Shown here in pieces: positions 42,882 through 53,398 of a stretch of DNA of 64,000 bases. The DNA is taken from contig JAVRCJ020000007.1 of NCBI GenBank assembly GCA_034530875.2, forward strand, positions 96,001-160,000. Reading direction: 5' to 3'. A program made the position numbers and the translations under genes. The notes below the pieces were generated by a model. It saw only the letters and a program-made list of their open reading frames with translations, was not told where the DNA came from and searched no databases. Position 1 is the stretch's first letter, and each line of letters opens with the position of its first letter. Origin of the DNA: Nostoc sp. DedSLP01. GTDB taxonomy: Bacteria > Cyanobacteriota > Cyanobacteriia > Cyanobacteriales > Nostocaceae.

Positions 42882-43075
42882 GCTCGATCTATTGCTGGGA
42901 TTTGCCTCGTTGAGATTTTATCGTGAAATGGGTGCTAACAGATTTTGTTAAATTAGACTGGCGAAGTTTACAAGAATCGATCGCTATGTAAATATGCATT
43001 TCAATTGCATAACAGCTGAGTAAGCCGACTGGCGATCGCACCGTCGGCTTGACAAATTGATAATTCAGTTGCAAT

Positions 43076-43945
43076 TTAGCCGCGAGTTGCACCCTGAGGC
43101 GGATGGGAGACAACTTTTTTGGCTAAACCTAAAGTCTGCAAAACTTTGATGCTCCACCAAGTTACATCAATTTCCCACCAAGATAAGCCAGATTTCGCCA
43201 GATGGGGATAAGTATGATGGTTATTATGCCATCCTTCTCCGTATGTAACGAGGGATACCCACCAAAGGTTACGAGCGCCGTCATTGGCGTCAAAGGTGCG
43301 ATAACCCCATAGGTGTGATGCTGAATTTACAAACCAAGTTGAGTGCCAAAGTAAAACGCATCTGACAAACATGCCGTAGATGACAAAAGACCATCCTCCT
43401 AAAGCATATAGCAGCAGCCCAAAGGGAATTTGCAATAGTATAAAGTAGCGATCTAACCAGCGATAGAAAGGTTGTCTTGCTAAATCGGGGGCATATTTTT
43501 GATAGGTTTCATAGTCAAAAAACTCTGGACGCGGATAAAAAATCCACAGTATATGGCTCCACCAAAATCCTCGTTGAGCAGAGTAGGGGTCTAGGTTGAT
43601 ATCTTCGGTGTGGGCGTGATGCTGGCGGTGTCCGCCTACCCAAAAAATCGGCCCTCCTTGTAAAGCCAGCGCTCCGATCAGGGCGATCGCATACTCTAAC
43701 CACTTGGGAACTTGGAAACTTCGATGGCTCAGTAGCCGATGATATCCCAGGCAAATACCAATACTTCCGAATAACCAGTGGAGAAATACCAGCAAACCTA
43801 ATGCCGACCAAGAAAAAAACCAAGGAGCTAATAGTGCCAAGACATGAAATGTAGTGAAAAATACTACATTAGTCCAACTGAGTCGAAGTGAATTTCCTTT
43901 CTCAGGGATAATGCCTTTGTCGAATGCTCCATAATTTGTGGTCAT
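43076..43945 (-). CDS. Delta-9-type acyl-lipid/acyl-CoA desaturase
   Basis: His boxes GYHRLLSH, HRQHH and GEGWHNNHH. Confidence 0.93.
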   Translation of the reverse strand: MTTNYGAFDKGIIPEKGNSLRLSWTNVVFFTTFHVLALLAPWFFSWSALGLLVFLHWLFGSIGICLGYHRLLSHRSFQVPKWLEYAIALIGALALQGGPIFWVGGHRQHHAHTEDINLDPYSAQRGFWWSHILWIFYPRPEFFDYETYQKYAPDLARQPFYRWLDRYFILLQIPFGLLLYALGGWSFVIYGMFVRCVLLWHSTWFVNSASHLWGYRTFDANDGARNLWWVSLVTYGEGWHNNHHTYPHLAKSGLSWWEIDVTWWSIKVLQTLGLAKKVVSHPPQGATRG

Positions 43946-44047
43946 AAAAATTCCTGTTGATGGATGATTAAGCGATTTGCCTTTTCTCGGATGCCATCCC
44001 CCAAGGGATTTTCCCAATCTCTGTGCCAGTTCGTTACAGTAGAGTGA

Positions 44048-44111
44048 GGCAAGTATCGCTTACATTTTTATGCTAGCAGTACTCTTACTTCTTGTGCAAG
44101 TAAGACTTGCA
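44048..44111. promoter_or_regulatory. Two TetR-type operator palindromes in a divergent promoter
   Basis: TGCAAGT-aag-ACTTGCA (44095..44111, perfect arms) and the imperfect GGCAAGTATCGCTTACA (44048..44064). Confidence 0.65.
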
Positions 44112-44118
44112 TTTTTCT

Positions 44119-45348
44119 ATGTCGTCTCAAATTATTTCAACTCGTCAACGTCTCATCCAAGCTGCACTTGAGTTGTTTACTGCTCAGGGAGTTAGCGCTA
44201 CTACAACTCGCCAAATAGCTGAAAAGGCTGAAGTCAATGAAGTGACTTTGTTTCGGAATTTTGGTAATAAACATGGGCTGCTTTTGGCTGTGCTGGAGGA
44301 GTCAGCAGCTTTCAAAAATTTGGGTGAGTCGCTGGTGCGGCGGGCAACTCCTCCTGGTAACGTCTACCAAGCTCTGAAAGATTATGCAAGTGATACCTTA
44401 CATGCTTTAGAACGAGTGCCAGAGTTTGTTCGTTCTGTAGTCGGAGAGGCTGACCAATTTCCGGCAGAAAATCGCCGCGCCTTAGGCAGGGGTGTAACAG
44501 AGGCAAACCGCTATGTGGCGCAGTATCTAGCCACCATAATGCAACAAGGACACTTAAATACCTATCTCCCCGCAGAGAAATTAGCCAGTTTGCTCAATGG
44601 CATGATTTTGGGATATGCCGTCATTGAATTTACTAGTGAATTTCACGAACTTTGGGAAGATCGGGATGATTTTCTGGAGAATTTAGTAGAGTTGTTTTTA
44701 CATGGGGCGATGTCACCCCCAGCCGAATCAGCAAGCAACTGCTTACAAGGAAGCACCATCGCCACAGAAGTAGCTGATTTACCAGCTAATTTGGTTCATA
44801 CAATTCTGCAACAAGCCAAAAAATCGGGAATGCGAGATTATGCCTTGGCTTATGTGTTATTCGGTGCTGGGTTATCGGTTACAGAAATAATTAACTTAGA
44901 GCGATCGCACCAGATTTACGATACTCAAGGGCACTTCTTGCAAATTACAATTCCTGGACTTGTCCGACAAGTACCTATCAATCAGTGGATTTTAGGCAAA
45001 CGCTACGGTTCTTATACTAATAATCCGTTAATTAAATGGCTCAAAAGTCGTAAAGATAATCAAGCAGCTATGTTTCTTAATGAGACAGCCAAGCCAATTT
45101 CTGAATCAGAGGTTGAGGCACGTTGGCAAGTATGGAGCGAGGGATTATTAACTCCCCAAGGACAACCGCCAGTCATCGCTCAACCACAACAAACCTGGCG
45201 GGTAGAAATGTTAATGCGGGGAATTAGTTTAGAAAACTTGAGTATTTTAACAGGTTGCGATCGCACCCAATTACAACCCTATGCCCGCCGAGCCAAAGAA
45301 AAAGCCGCGCTAGAACAAGCAACTCGTTTGGATCAAAAACCGGGATAG
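44119..45348 (+). CDS. TetR-family regulator fused to a degenerate tyrosine-recombinase-like C-terminal domain
   Basis: N-terminal TRQRLIQAALELF...TTRQIAEKAEVNEVTLFRNFGNK; C-terminal RDYALAYVLFGAGLSVTEIINL...MRGISLENLSILTG. Confidence 0.85.
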   Translation: MSSQIISTRQRLIQAALELFTAQGVSATTTRQIAEKAEVNEVTLFRNFGNKHGLLLAVLEESAAFKNLGESLVRRATPPGNVYQALKDYASDTLHALERVPEFVRSVVGEADQFPAENRRALGRGVTEANRYVAQYLATIMQQGHLNTYLPAEKLASLLNGMILGYAVIEFTSEFHELWEDRDDFLENLVELFLHGAMSPPAESASNCLQGSTIATEVADLPANLVHTILQQAKKSGMRDYALAYVLFGAGLSVTEIINLERSHQIYDTQGHFLQITIPGLVRQVPINQWILGKRYGSYTNNPLIKWLKSRKDNQAAMFLNETAKPISESEVEARWQVWSEGLLTPQGQPPVIAQPQQTWRVEMLMRGISLENLSILTGCDRTQLQPYARRAKEKAALEQATRLDQKPG

Positions 45349-45377
45349 AATTCAAAATTCAAAGTCACTCTTCGCAT

Positions 45378-45447
45378 CACCCCACCCCGGCTTTGCTAAC
45401 GCAAAACCTCCCCTCCCCTTGGCAAGGGGAGGGGTTGGGGGTGGGGT
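45378..45447. repeat. GC-rich REP-like hairpin
   Basis: ACCCCACCCC...CCTCCCCTTGGCAAGGGGAGG...GGGGTGGGGT. The core CCCCTTGGCAAGGGG recurs near 55460. Confidence 0.65.
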
Positions 45448-45529
45448 AAAACGGTTGTGGAGTAAGAGTTTGAGCTTAAGTTAACACCAATGACAGCTGT
45501 AAAGCCCCTACCGAGGATTGTGGTTTAAA

Positions 45530-45680
45530 TAAGTAGTAGTGCAAAATTAAATATACATTGTCATTGCGAGTGTAGCGTTCGCGGTAGCGTCTGGTAGAGA
45601 AGCGAAACGAAGCAATCGCAAGGTTTTGGGATTGCTTCACTTCGTTCGCAATGACATAAATAATTTTGCATAACCACTTA
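45530..45680. mobile_element. MITE-like element with terminal inverted repeats and an internal GTCATTGCGA...TCGCAATGAC palindrome
   Basis: TAAGTAGTAGTGCAAAATTA pairs imperfectly with TAATTTTGCATAACCACTTA. It contains an inserted small dispersed repeat. Confidence 0.6.
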
Positions 45681-45717
45681 GATGAAAAACACTGTAAATC
45701 CGAAATCCATCACTCCC

Positions 45718-46815
45718 TTAGCTTTCAAGATAATTGTCTAAGCTGGGTACATTAACCCAACTTCTTGTTTCATGGGATTTGTGGGATAAATCCATCAATA
45801 GCTGAGAATAAACTCCTTCTCGCAAGGATGGGATTGTTTGCTGTTTTTGGTCAATTCCTTGTATCCATTGGTCTATGACACGAAGAAATGCAGAAATCCG
45901 TCCATCGGCATAATTTTTGGGAAAAATTAATCGATTTGGTATTTCAATTTCTCCCAGAGGTTTACCTGGTTGAGAACCCCAAACACGAAAGCCATGTATA
46001 TAATCTTTTTGATTTTCACTACCTACAATTAAAGTGCCGCGATCGCCATATACTTCTATCCAATGAGTTCTTGGTGCATGAACAACGGCACTGATAGTCA
46101 CTTGGCAAGGCGTACCATCTGCTAGTTCCAACGTTAATATACAATTATCGTCTGTATTTACTTGTTTTAATTCTTGATTTGTGGGATCGATTCGCGCTGG
46201 AATTGCAGTAGTTAAATGAGCGTTTAATTTACTGACTGGGCCAAATAACCAGTGAATATAATCGAAGGCGTGGGAACCCAAAGACCCCAACGCACCACCT
46301 CCTTTTTCTTTGTCAGAATACCAATTCCAAGGACGGGAAGCATCAGCGCGAGAAGAACCTAACCAATCAATTCTAATTAGGCGCAAATCACCTACATATT
46401 TTGCTGACAAAAGTTCCGCAAATAATTGCCATCCTGGGACAAAGCGAAATTCAAAGTCTACCGTAGCAATGACGTTCTTTTCTTTAGCTAAACGATAAAG
46501 TTCTTTAGCTTCATTTGCATTTAAAGCTATAGGTTTCTCTAATAGTAAATGTTTGCCAGCTTGAAGGACTGTTTTTGCCATTTCATAATGCAAAAATGGC
46601 GGCGTTGAAATACTAACTGCTTCTACTTCTCGTAATGCCACAATATCTGCAATTGTTTCGCAGGCATGGCGAATATTATGCGATTCTCCTATGGCTTTGG
46701 CTTTATTGATATCTCGGTGATAAACAGCAACTACCTCGGTGCGAGGATGTGCTTGGAATGCAGGAATGTGGACTTTTTGACCAAATCCAGTGCCAGCGAT
46801 CGCAACCCCAATCAT
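45718..46815 (-). CDS. Gfo/Idh/MocA family oxidoreductase
   Basis: IGVAIAGTGFG, ISTPPFLH, LLEKP, GGGALGSLGSHAFD. Confidence 0.92.
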   Translation of the reverse strand: MIGVAIAGTGFGQKVHIPAFQAHPRTEVVAVYHRDINKAKAIGESHNIRHACETIADIVALREVEAVSISTPPFLHYEMAKTVLQAGKHLLLEKPIALNANEAKELYRLAKEKNVIATVDFEFRFVPGWQLFAELLSAKYVGDLRLIRIDWLGSSRADASRPWNWYSDKEKGGGALGSLGSHAFDYIHWLFGPVSKLNAHLTTAIPARIDPTNQELKQVNTDDNCILTLELADGTPCQVTISAVVHAPRTHWIEVYGDRGTLIVGSENQKDYIHGFRVWGSQPGKPLGEIEIPNRLIFPKNYADGRISAFLRVIDQWIQGIDQKQQTIPSLREGVYSQLLMDLSHKSHETRSWVNVPSLDNYLES

Positions 46816-46982
46816 ATTATCTTTACTCCCAATCTTTATACAAATTATTCTTAAAAATTCAAAACTCAAAAGCCACAATAATGTGGCTTACATAATACAG
46901 ACACATCCCACCTCATAATTTTACAAACTAAGGTACTCTCTAGCACAACGTACGATAGTAATTAGTAATTTATTACTAATTA

Positions 46983-47450
46983 CTATCGTAAAATTCTCAT
47001 TGTTAAAGGATAACGATAATGTTGTCCATTGTAAGCTTTAATAGCAGCAAAAGTGACTAAAAATAATTGTAATATTAGTACTAATGAAGTTAAGCACATT
47101 ATAATAAATAATAAACTGTCTAATGTAAATTTTACTTCATTAACTGTACTATTAGTAGTTATTGCTAAACTAAAGCTTGCAAACACAAAAAACAAAGAAA
47201 TTACTATAAAAATCATTGTATAAAACGTCAAAGAAATTTGAAAATTTAAAGATTCTTTGCCTTGGAAATCAATCCAGGGATATTTTTGTTTTTGGAATCG
47301 CCAAATCAAAAGTGGGGCTAACAGATTTAGAGGCAAATATAAAGGTATACCAATAAAGACTAAAAACAAGACTAAGATCCACGCTAACAAAGCCGAGAGG
47401 TGGCACAACATCGCCCATACACGCATTTGTTGTTTAGGTTTTTCTCTCAT
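46983..47450 (-). CDS. DUF4870 membrane protein
   Basis: WAMLCHLS, QGKESLNFQIS, AAIKA..G..YRYPL. Confidence 0.88.
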   Translation of the reverse strand: MREKPKQQMRVWAMLCHLSALLAWILVLFLVFIGIPLYLPLNLLAPLLIWRFQKQKYPWIDFQGKESLNFQISLTFYTMIFIVISLFFVFASFSLAITTNSTVNEVKFTLDSLLFIIMCLTSLVLILQLFLVTFAAIKAYNGQHYRYPLTMRILR

Positions 47451-47764
47451 AGCTTTTAAAGTCGAGGTGGATCTACCGGATAACTCTCCACTTTACTACT
47501 AATAAAATAGCCAAACAATAGCTGAAAATCTAAGTATTTGTCGATTCCGCCCTAGCTTTGAGTTGTGCATGGGTGCAGTAACCCCAAATTATCACATAGT
47601 CTTTATCTAGTTCTAAGTAGAAGGCAGGAGGAGTTCCTAAAAACCAGCGTCGTAAGGGACGGCGAGGTGAGTCCCCAACTACAAGTTTTGAGCAAACATC
47701 ATTTGTTGCGAGTGTGAATGCTAACAGCAACGAGAATGGAAATAAAGCACTAACAAGTTAGGAA

Positions 47765-48391
47765 TTACGAACTAACCAAACCAGCTTGAAAAATCTGGGC
47801 AGGGGTGAGATGCAATTCGGGAAAAGTTTGGGAGATAATGCGATCGCTATCTCTAAACTTACTTATTTGATATTCTCCATCTACTAAGTTACAAACCAAG
47901 ATTGTCGGTTGTTTAGGGTTACCAATAAAATTGCGCCCACCTAATGCCGCATAATCGACAATCCAGTATTCGGGAATACCCATCTCTTCATAATCAGCAT
48001 ATTTCAAGTGATAATCATCCCGCCAATTAGTTGATACTACTTCAATTACCAAAGGTATTGATGCAGCTAAACTGACAATAGATTGTTTTTTCCATAATGG
48101 TTCATTTGCCAGATTTGCACGATTTAGCACCAACACATCGGGAAAATAACCAGAATCTTTTTCAAGCGGTCTAACTATAGCTTGATTAGGGACAAGATAG
48201 GGGATTTCTAATCGGTCAATTGCAGCACTAATTTTTATTGTCAAAAAGCCCTTTACTTCCTCGTGTTCCCCTACTGGTTGCGCCATTTCAACAATACTTC
48301 CATTATGTAGTTCGTAACGTACCTCAGTATTTTCGGGTAGCCAATCGACGAATTCCTCAAAGGTTACTAGCTTTGGTATGGCTTGAGTCAT
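47765..48391 (-). CDS. Uma2-family endonuclease-fold protein
   Basis: RYELHNGSIVEM, PDVLV, VIEVVSTNWRDDY..K..DYEEMGIPEYWIVD. Confidence 0.9.
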   Translation of the reverse strand: MTQAIPKLVTFEEFVDWLPENTEVRYELHNGSIVEMAQPVGEHEEVKGFLTIKISAAIDRLEIPYLVPNQAIVRPLEKDSGYFPDVLVLNRANLANEPLWKKQSIVSLAASIPLVIEVVSTNWRDDYHLKYADYEEMGIPEYWIVDYAALGGRNFIGNPKQPTILVCNLVDGEYQISKFRDSDRIISQTFPELHLTPAQIFQAGLVSS

Positions 48392-48699
48392 AAATGATAG
48401 AGAATTACTGAATCATAGAAATATTATCTCTAATCTACGGAAATGCAGACAGCTTTTCCACTACGGTTATATGAAAATATACTTTTACTACTAATAGTAA
48501 ATATGGATGCCATTGCAATTGTGAACCAGTCATGAGTGTTACAGGGTAGTACTTGTTTGGGAATACTTTTATTTATAGGAGTGATGAGAAAGGCGATCGC
48601 TAATACTTTTAATTCAAATGTACTACATTCCGTTATAATCACTCCCATTTGACGAAAAAAATTGTATAAACATTCACTAATCTACCAGGAGCAAACAAC

Positions 48700-49911
48700 A
48701 TGGGATTCGCTGAAGATATTGCCAAGCTGTCAGAACAAGTGCGTAAGCGGGCTGACCAAGTTGTTGGCGAAGAATCTACTAAGATGGCACTAATTGTTCC
48801 TTTTTTGAATGCTCTTGGCTACGATGTTTACGATCCTAGTGAAGTCATGCCAGAGTATGTAGCGGATTTTGCTACAAAAAAAGCAGGGCAATTTGAAAAG
48901 GTAGATTATGCCTTAGCTATTAACAATAATATAGTTATGCTCGTAGAAGCAAAAGCCCGTGGTCAAAAAGCTGAAACACACGATGGTCAATTAAGAAAAT
49001 ATTTTAATGCCCTTGTAACAACAAAAATTGCTGTTGTCACTAATGGAATTGAGTACCGTTTTTTCACAGATCTGCGTGATAAAAATGTCATGGATAAGGA
49101 ACCATTTTTTAGTTTTAATATCCTTGAATATAGTTCAAAAGATATAGATAATCTCAAATTTTTTCACCGTGACAATTTTGATGTTACAGCTATTACCAGT
49201 CATGCTGAAGAAATGGTTTATGTAAAAGGTATGACTCATCTAGTAGGAAATCTTTTACGTTCTCCATCTGAAGAGTTTGTTCGCTTTTTACTGACTGAAT
49301 TAGGTACAGTTGCTTCTAGTTATGAAATTCAAGGTAGAATTACTGGTAGAGTAATTGATAAATTTAAACCAATTGTTAAAAAATCGATTCAGGAAAGTTT
49401 AGTAGAGTTAATGACCCGTTCTTTGAGCCAAGAAATAGCTCAACCTGTTGAAGTTGAAGTAGAGCCAGAAGTTGAAGAAGAGGAGAAACCCCAAGACGTT
49501 CAAGAATCAAAGATAGTAACAACGGCTGAAGAAATTGAAGCATTTGAAAAAATTAAATCAATTACACAAACTTCAAAGAGCTACGGTTTTGAACTTAAGT
49601 ATAAAGATACTGCTTCATACTTTGGCATCAATCTTGGCAAAACTACCTGGTGGTTTCTACGGCTGTATTTGTCTTCCCAGAAAAAAAGTTTGATTACTAG
49701 ACTTAGTGTAGATGAAGTAAAATCTCTAGCTTCAAATTTTGAAGTGCAGGAAGTAACAGCCTCACTAGGAGATGCTGCATCAAAAGTAATTATTTCTTCG
49801 GTCAGTGATTTCGATAAACTGACATCGCTGATTCTTAGATGCTACGAAGCAGAAGCAGCTAAACATCAAGTATTTACAACAAATGCAATTGAGATGGGAA
49901 AATCAGCATAA
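48700..49911 (+). CDS. HsdR-N-like PD-(D/E)xK restriction-endonuclease-fold protein
   Basis: EESTKMALIVPFL..LGYDV..P.EV.PEY, EKVDYA, LVEAK, QL.KYF, TNGIEYRFFTD. Confidence 0.85.
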   Translation: MGFAEDIAKLSEQVRKRADQVVGEESTKMALIVPFLNALGYDVYDPSEVMPEYVADFATKKAGQFEKVDYALAINNNIVMLVEAKARGQKAETHDGQLRKYFNALVTTKIAVVTNGIEYRFFTDLRDKNVMDKEPFFSFNILEYSSKDIDNLKFFHRDNFDVTAITSHAEEMVYVKGMTHLVGNLLRSPSEEFVRFLLTELGTVASSYEIQGRITGRVIDKFKPIVKKSIQESLVELMTRSLSQEIAQPVEVEVEPEVEEEEKPQDVQESKIVTTAEEIEAFEKIKSITQTSKSYGFELKYKDTASYFGINLGKTTWWFLRLYLSSQKKSLITRLSVDEVKSLASNFEVQEVTASLGDAASKVIISSVSDFDKLTSLILRCYEAEAAKHQVFTTNAIEMGKSA

Positions 49912-50007
49912 CTTTAAGTCTTTGCTACAAAATAAAATCCGATTTTCACCTGTAAGCAAAAGAGCGATCGCACTATTAATCCCAAACCTGTAAACTGGAC
50001 AAAAAAA

Positions 50008-50034
50008 AGTGGTTCCGCAACTAACAGAACCACT
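50008..50034 (-). terminator. Rho-independent terminator of acsF
   Basis: AGTGGTTC...GAACCACT stem followed by a T-run on the minus strand. Confidence 0.6.
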
Positions 50035-50059
50035 AAAGCTTTTGCAAAATTGTGATGAT

Positions 50060-51136
50060 TTAACGAGCTGCGCCTTGAGCAGAAGCAGCATCAATGGGTT
50101 TCATCAAGTACAACCGTAATAACTGCCAGCCAGTGGAGATAAAAATGGGCAGTTTTTGGAAGAATTGCAGGAATTTGGGAGTGTTGGAATTAGCGATCGC
50201 ACTCAGCTTCGTGTTATTGTTTACACAAACATCCAACCGTTCGTAAAACTCTGGATTGTCAACATCCAGCATCAACGGGAACACTCTACCTGCGGTCTCG
50301 TTGGTCTTCTTGATTACGTAGATGTCGTATTCTCGCGCATCTAACCCAATGGACGCATAAAAGTCCTTGCGTTGGATGTCATTGAGATACATTGTTACAA
50401 ACACCGACAACAAGAAGAAACGACTCCATAGCCGTGCCTTCCAATCATTCAACATTTGCGGCTGGGATTTCATCACCGCATCAAAGAAATCACCGTGACG
50501 GTTTTCATCTTGACACCAGTTTTCAAAGAACCGGAAAATTGGATAAATCCGGTCTTCGGGATGTGCTTCTAAATGACGATAAATGGTGATATAACGCCAA
50601 TAACCAATCTTCTCAGAGAGATAAGTAGCGTAGAATATGAATTTTGGCTTAAAGAAGGTATAATTGCGGCTCTTAGTCAAAAACCCTAAATCGAGGGACA
50701 GATTAAAGTCCGACATAGCTTTGTTTAAAAAGCCAGCGTGACGTGCTTCATCCCGTGACATTAGGTTAAAGCACTCTGCCAAGACGGGGCTTTTGTCTTT
50801 CAAGCGACGGCCGAGTTCTTTGTACAGCAAAAATCCGGAAAACTCTGCCGTACAAGAACGTTCTAGAAATTCAACAAACAGCTGACGAGTTTCTCCATCA
50901 ATATGATCCCAGGATTGTTCAAACTCGGCATCCCGAACAAAGTGATGGCGGTTGTAGTCAGCGCGAAATTCTTCGAGAATGGCTCTCAACTCGTCTTCGT
51001 TGACGGAAATATCCATCCGCGCCATTTCATCAAAGTCGGTAGTATAAAACCGAGGTGTTAACAGGGTTTCTTTTGCTGGAACTTTAATTCCTGGGCGTAT
51101 TTCTTCAAAGCCTGGTTTTTTGAGGGAATCTACCAT
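50060..51136 (-). CDS. acsF: Mg-protoporphyrin IX monomethyl ester oxidative cyclase
   Basis: [46 protein letters not shown]. Confidence 0.97.
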   Translation of the reverse strand: MVDSLKKPGFEEIRPGIKVPAKETLLTPRFYTTDFDEMARMDISVNEDELRAILEEFRADYNRHHFVRDAEFEQSWDHIDGETRQLFVEFLERSCTAEFSGFLLYKELGRRLKDKSPVLAECFNLMSRDEARHAGFLNKAMSDFNLSLDLGFLTKSRNYTFFKPKFIFYATYLSEKIGYWRYITIYRHLEAHPEDRIYPIFRFFENWCQDENRHGDFFDAVMKSQPQMLNDWKARLWSRFFLLSVFVTMYLNDIQRKDFYASIGLDAREYDIYVIKKTNETAGRVFPLMLDVDNPEFYERLDVCVNNNTKLSAIANSNTPKFLQFFQKLPIFISTGWQLLRLYLMKPIDAASAQGAAR

Positions 51137-51355
51137 GTCTCGATCGCAATGAGTGTCTTTATTATCTTGAGTACGCCAGAAAGCTAAGGATAATCTTCAT
51201 GGCAATGCTCAACAGCCGACAAATAATTCATTTGTATAAAGTTCAGTCTACCAAGGCGCGGGTGAGAAACAAGTAAGCAAAACGTTAAGAGTTGCAACAA
51301 TTGGTAAAACCAATTAGGAATTTGAGGCTGGGGAGTGGGAGTTAGCGATCGAGGA

Positions 51356-51510
51356 CTAGTACGGCTTTGCGTAATTCGCCCTGGGGCTACGCCCCGCTGC
51401 GCTAACGTAATTCGTAATACTCGCCTCCTGCGAGAAGCAAGCTACGTAATTATTGTTGCGTAAGGGTTTTAGACATTTTAACTTGGATGTTTTCCGCCGT
51501 GCTGTACTAG
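51356..51510. mobile_element. MITE-like element (CTAGTAC...GTACTAG termini) with nested small repeats
   Basis: Terminal inverted repeats CTAGTACGGC / GCTGTACTAG, internal STRR and two small dispersed repeats. Confidence 0.6.
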
Positions 51511-51934
51511 GAATTGGCAATTAGTTTTCCAGCTAGTTATGTTTGGGGCTTTAAGCGATCGCAATTTTCAGGAGACTCACCTAGCCTCCCATTTCCGGTC
51601 GCAGTAATTTCCCGTAGTTTTGACTACAATAAAAAAAATGGCTTTATCAATAAAGTTGCTTATCTTGAAATTAATAATCCATGACTAGCACGATTAGTAA
51701 ATACTTGTGATGAATCTAATGTAGAGTTTGTACGATTATTAACCGTAGAAAAGGCACTCTCCGCAACAGAAAAATCAGGGTTTAAGCAGTTACTCAGCAG
51801 TGCCTAGACTAGAAAAATTATCATCAAACAAATGGTGCAAGATTTGAGCCTAGCTATCAATACTGGTCTCAAATAAAACAGTATGAAAAAACCATCTTAG
51901 ACAACAAGAGCAAATCTAAAGGATTGACAACAAG

Positions 51935-52432
51935 ATGAATCTTGAAAACAATCAGCATAAAGACCGACTTTTTGTCTCTTACATCTTGAATGCAGCGATA
52001 TTTTTAGGATTAGGAGGGCTACACCGTTTTTACAATGGGAAGATCGGCACTGGTTTGTTGTGGCTGTTGACGGGTGGTGTGTTTGGTATAGGTCAGTTCG
52101 TGGATTTGTTTCTCATTCCCGATATGGTTAACCAATACGAGAACGATCTCAGACTCAAAGCGGGTGTATCTCCGTTTGGAGTACCTTTAGAACAACCTAC
52201 AGCGATCGCTTCTCAAGTTTACCGCCCGACTGGCAATCAATTGATGGTTAAACTCATTGAAGTCGCGGAAAGCAAAGGTGGTAGTCTCACTGTTACTCAA
52301 GGAGTCAAAGCCACCGGAGCCAGCTTTGCGGAAGTAGAAAAGACTCTCAAAGAAATGTATAAATCAGGCTATGTAAAAATTGATAACGACCCCGTTACTG
52401 GAGCCGTTACCTATCATTTTCACGAACTTTAA
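51935..52432 (+). CDS. TM2/NINE-domain membrane protein
   Basis: [39 protein letters not shown]. Confidence 0.88.
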   Translation: MNLENNQHKDRLFVSYILNAAIFLGLGGLHRFYNGKIGTGLLWLLTGGVFGIGQFVDLFLIPDMVNQYENDLRLKAGVSPFGVPLEQPTAIASQVYRPTGNQLMVKLIEVAESKGGSLTVTQGVKATGASFAEVEKTLKEMYKSGYVKIDNDPVTGAVTYHFHEL

Positions 52433-52470
52433 TTGTCATTTGTGCTTGGTCTGAAATACTAATGACCATT

Positions 52471-52498
52471 GTAGAGACGCGATTAATCGCGTCTCTAC
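52471..52498. repeat. Perfect 28-bp REP-like palindrome between convergent genes
   Basis: GTAGAGACGCGATTAATCGCGTCTCTAC. Confidence 0.85.
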
Positions 52499-52504
52499 TA
52501 ATGA

Positions 52505-53158
52505 CTAATTTATACCTAGCCACTTTTGACCGTCTAAACGCTGCACTAGTCCATAAACTAATAGGTCTAGTGTAGTTTTGCGTTCATCAATTAAGAATGA
52601 TTCAAGAGTGCTTGGTTGTTTGCCTTCATTACAAGAAAAACCCTTTTTCCCTTGAATATCTTCTTCGGGGAAATAGAGATTAAAATTGTACGCGCCGTTT
52701 TGCAAACTGCCGATAATTTGCCAGGATTCTTCAGCGGATTCAAAGCCCTTAATTGGTACTTTTTGCTTAGCAAAAGAGACTTGTAAATCTTTCACACCTT
52801 GTTGAGCGATGGCTTTTTGTAAAGCTGGCAAATAGTCTTGCTCGATGAACTCTACAAATGGTTTATCTTCAACAGCTGGTGCTTTTTCCTTTTTAGCTTT
52901 TGCTGCGGCAGGTTTTTCTTCTCCTGTTGCTGCGGCTGCGGGTTTTTCTCGCTTGGGTGAGGCCGCGGCTGGTTTAGCAGCATTGGGGTTATCTTCGGGG
53001 TTTGCGGCTTTAGGATCTGGCGCGTTGGCAGTAGGGATGTCTGTCGCTTCGGGCGAGCTTGTACTGGGAGCATGTTCTTCAGCGACACTGGGAGCCTGCT
53101 TGTCAACAGTGCTGGGAGCTACTTCTCCCGCTTCATTGTGATTAGTTTCTTCTGCCAT
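52505..53158 (-). CDS. ndhV: DUF2996 protein, NDH-1 subunit NdhV
   Basis: Low-complexity N-terminus, then EDKPFVEFI...STLESFLIDERK.TLDLLV..LVQRL.GQKWLG.N. Confidence 0.8.
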   Translation of the reverse strand: MAEETNHNEAGEVAPSTVDKQAPSVAEEHAPSTSSPEATDIPTANAPDPKAANPEDNPNAAKPAAASPKREKPAAAATGEEKPAAAKAKKEKAPAVEDKPFVEFIEQDYLPALQKAIAQQGVKDLQVSFAKQKVPIKGFESAEESWQIIGSLQNGAYNFNLYFPEEDIQGKKGFSCNEGKQPSTLESFLIDERKTTLDLLVYGLVQRLDGQKWLGIN

Positions 53159-53262
53159 TACTCAGGTCAATCCTTTACTCTTGCTTTAGGAGCGATCGCT
53201 CACCTTGAGATATCGGGTATCTTCATTTTGACATACTAGTGTCGTTGGGGAGATGGGGAGAT

Positions 53263-53331
53263 GGGAAGTGTGGGGAGTGTGGGGAGTGTGGGAAGTGTGG
53301 GGAGTGTGGGGAGTGTGGGGAGTGTGGGGGG
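53263..53331. repeat. G-rich 9-mer tandem repeat (GGGGAGTGT)n
   Basis: About seven tandem copies are visible. Confidence 0.9.
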
Positions 53332-53398
53332 AAAGATTTCTTCCCCATCCTCCCACACCTCCCACACTCCCTGTTTGCCCAATCTCCAATGCCCCATA

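Noticed and set aside
44780..45348. Active integrase or prophage boundary
   Set aside because: The catalytic Arg and HxxR residues are absent, and there are no att-like repeats or phage genes nearby.
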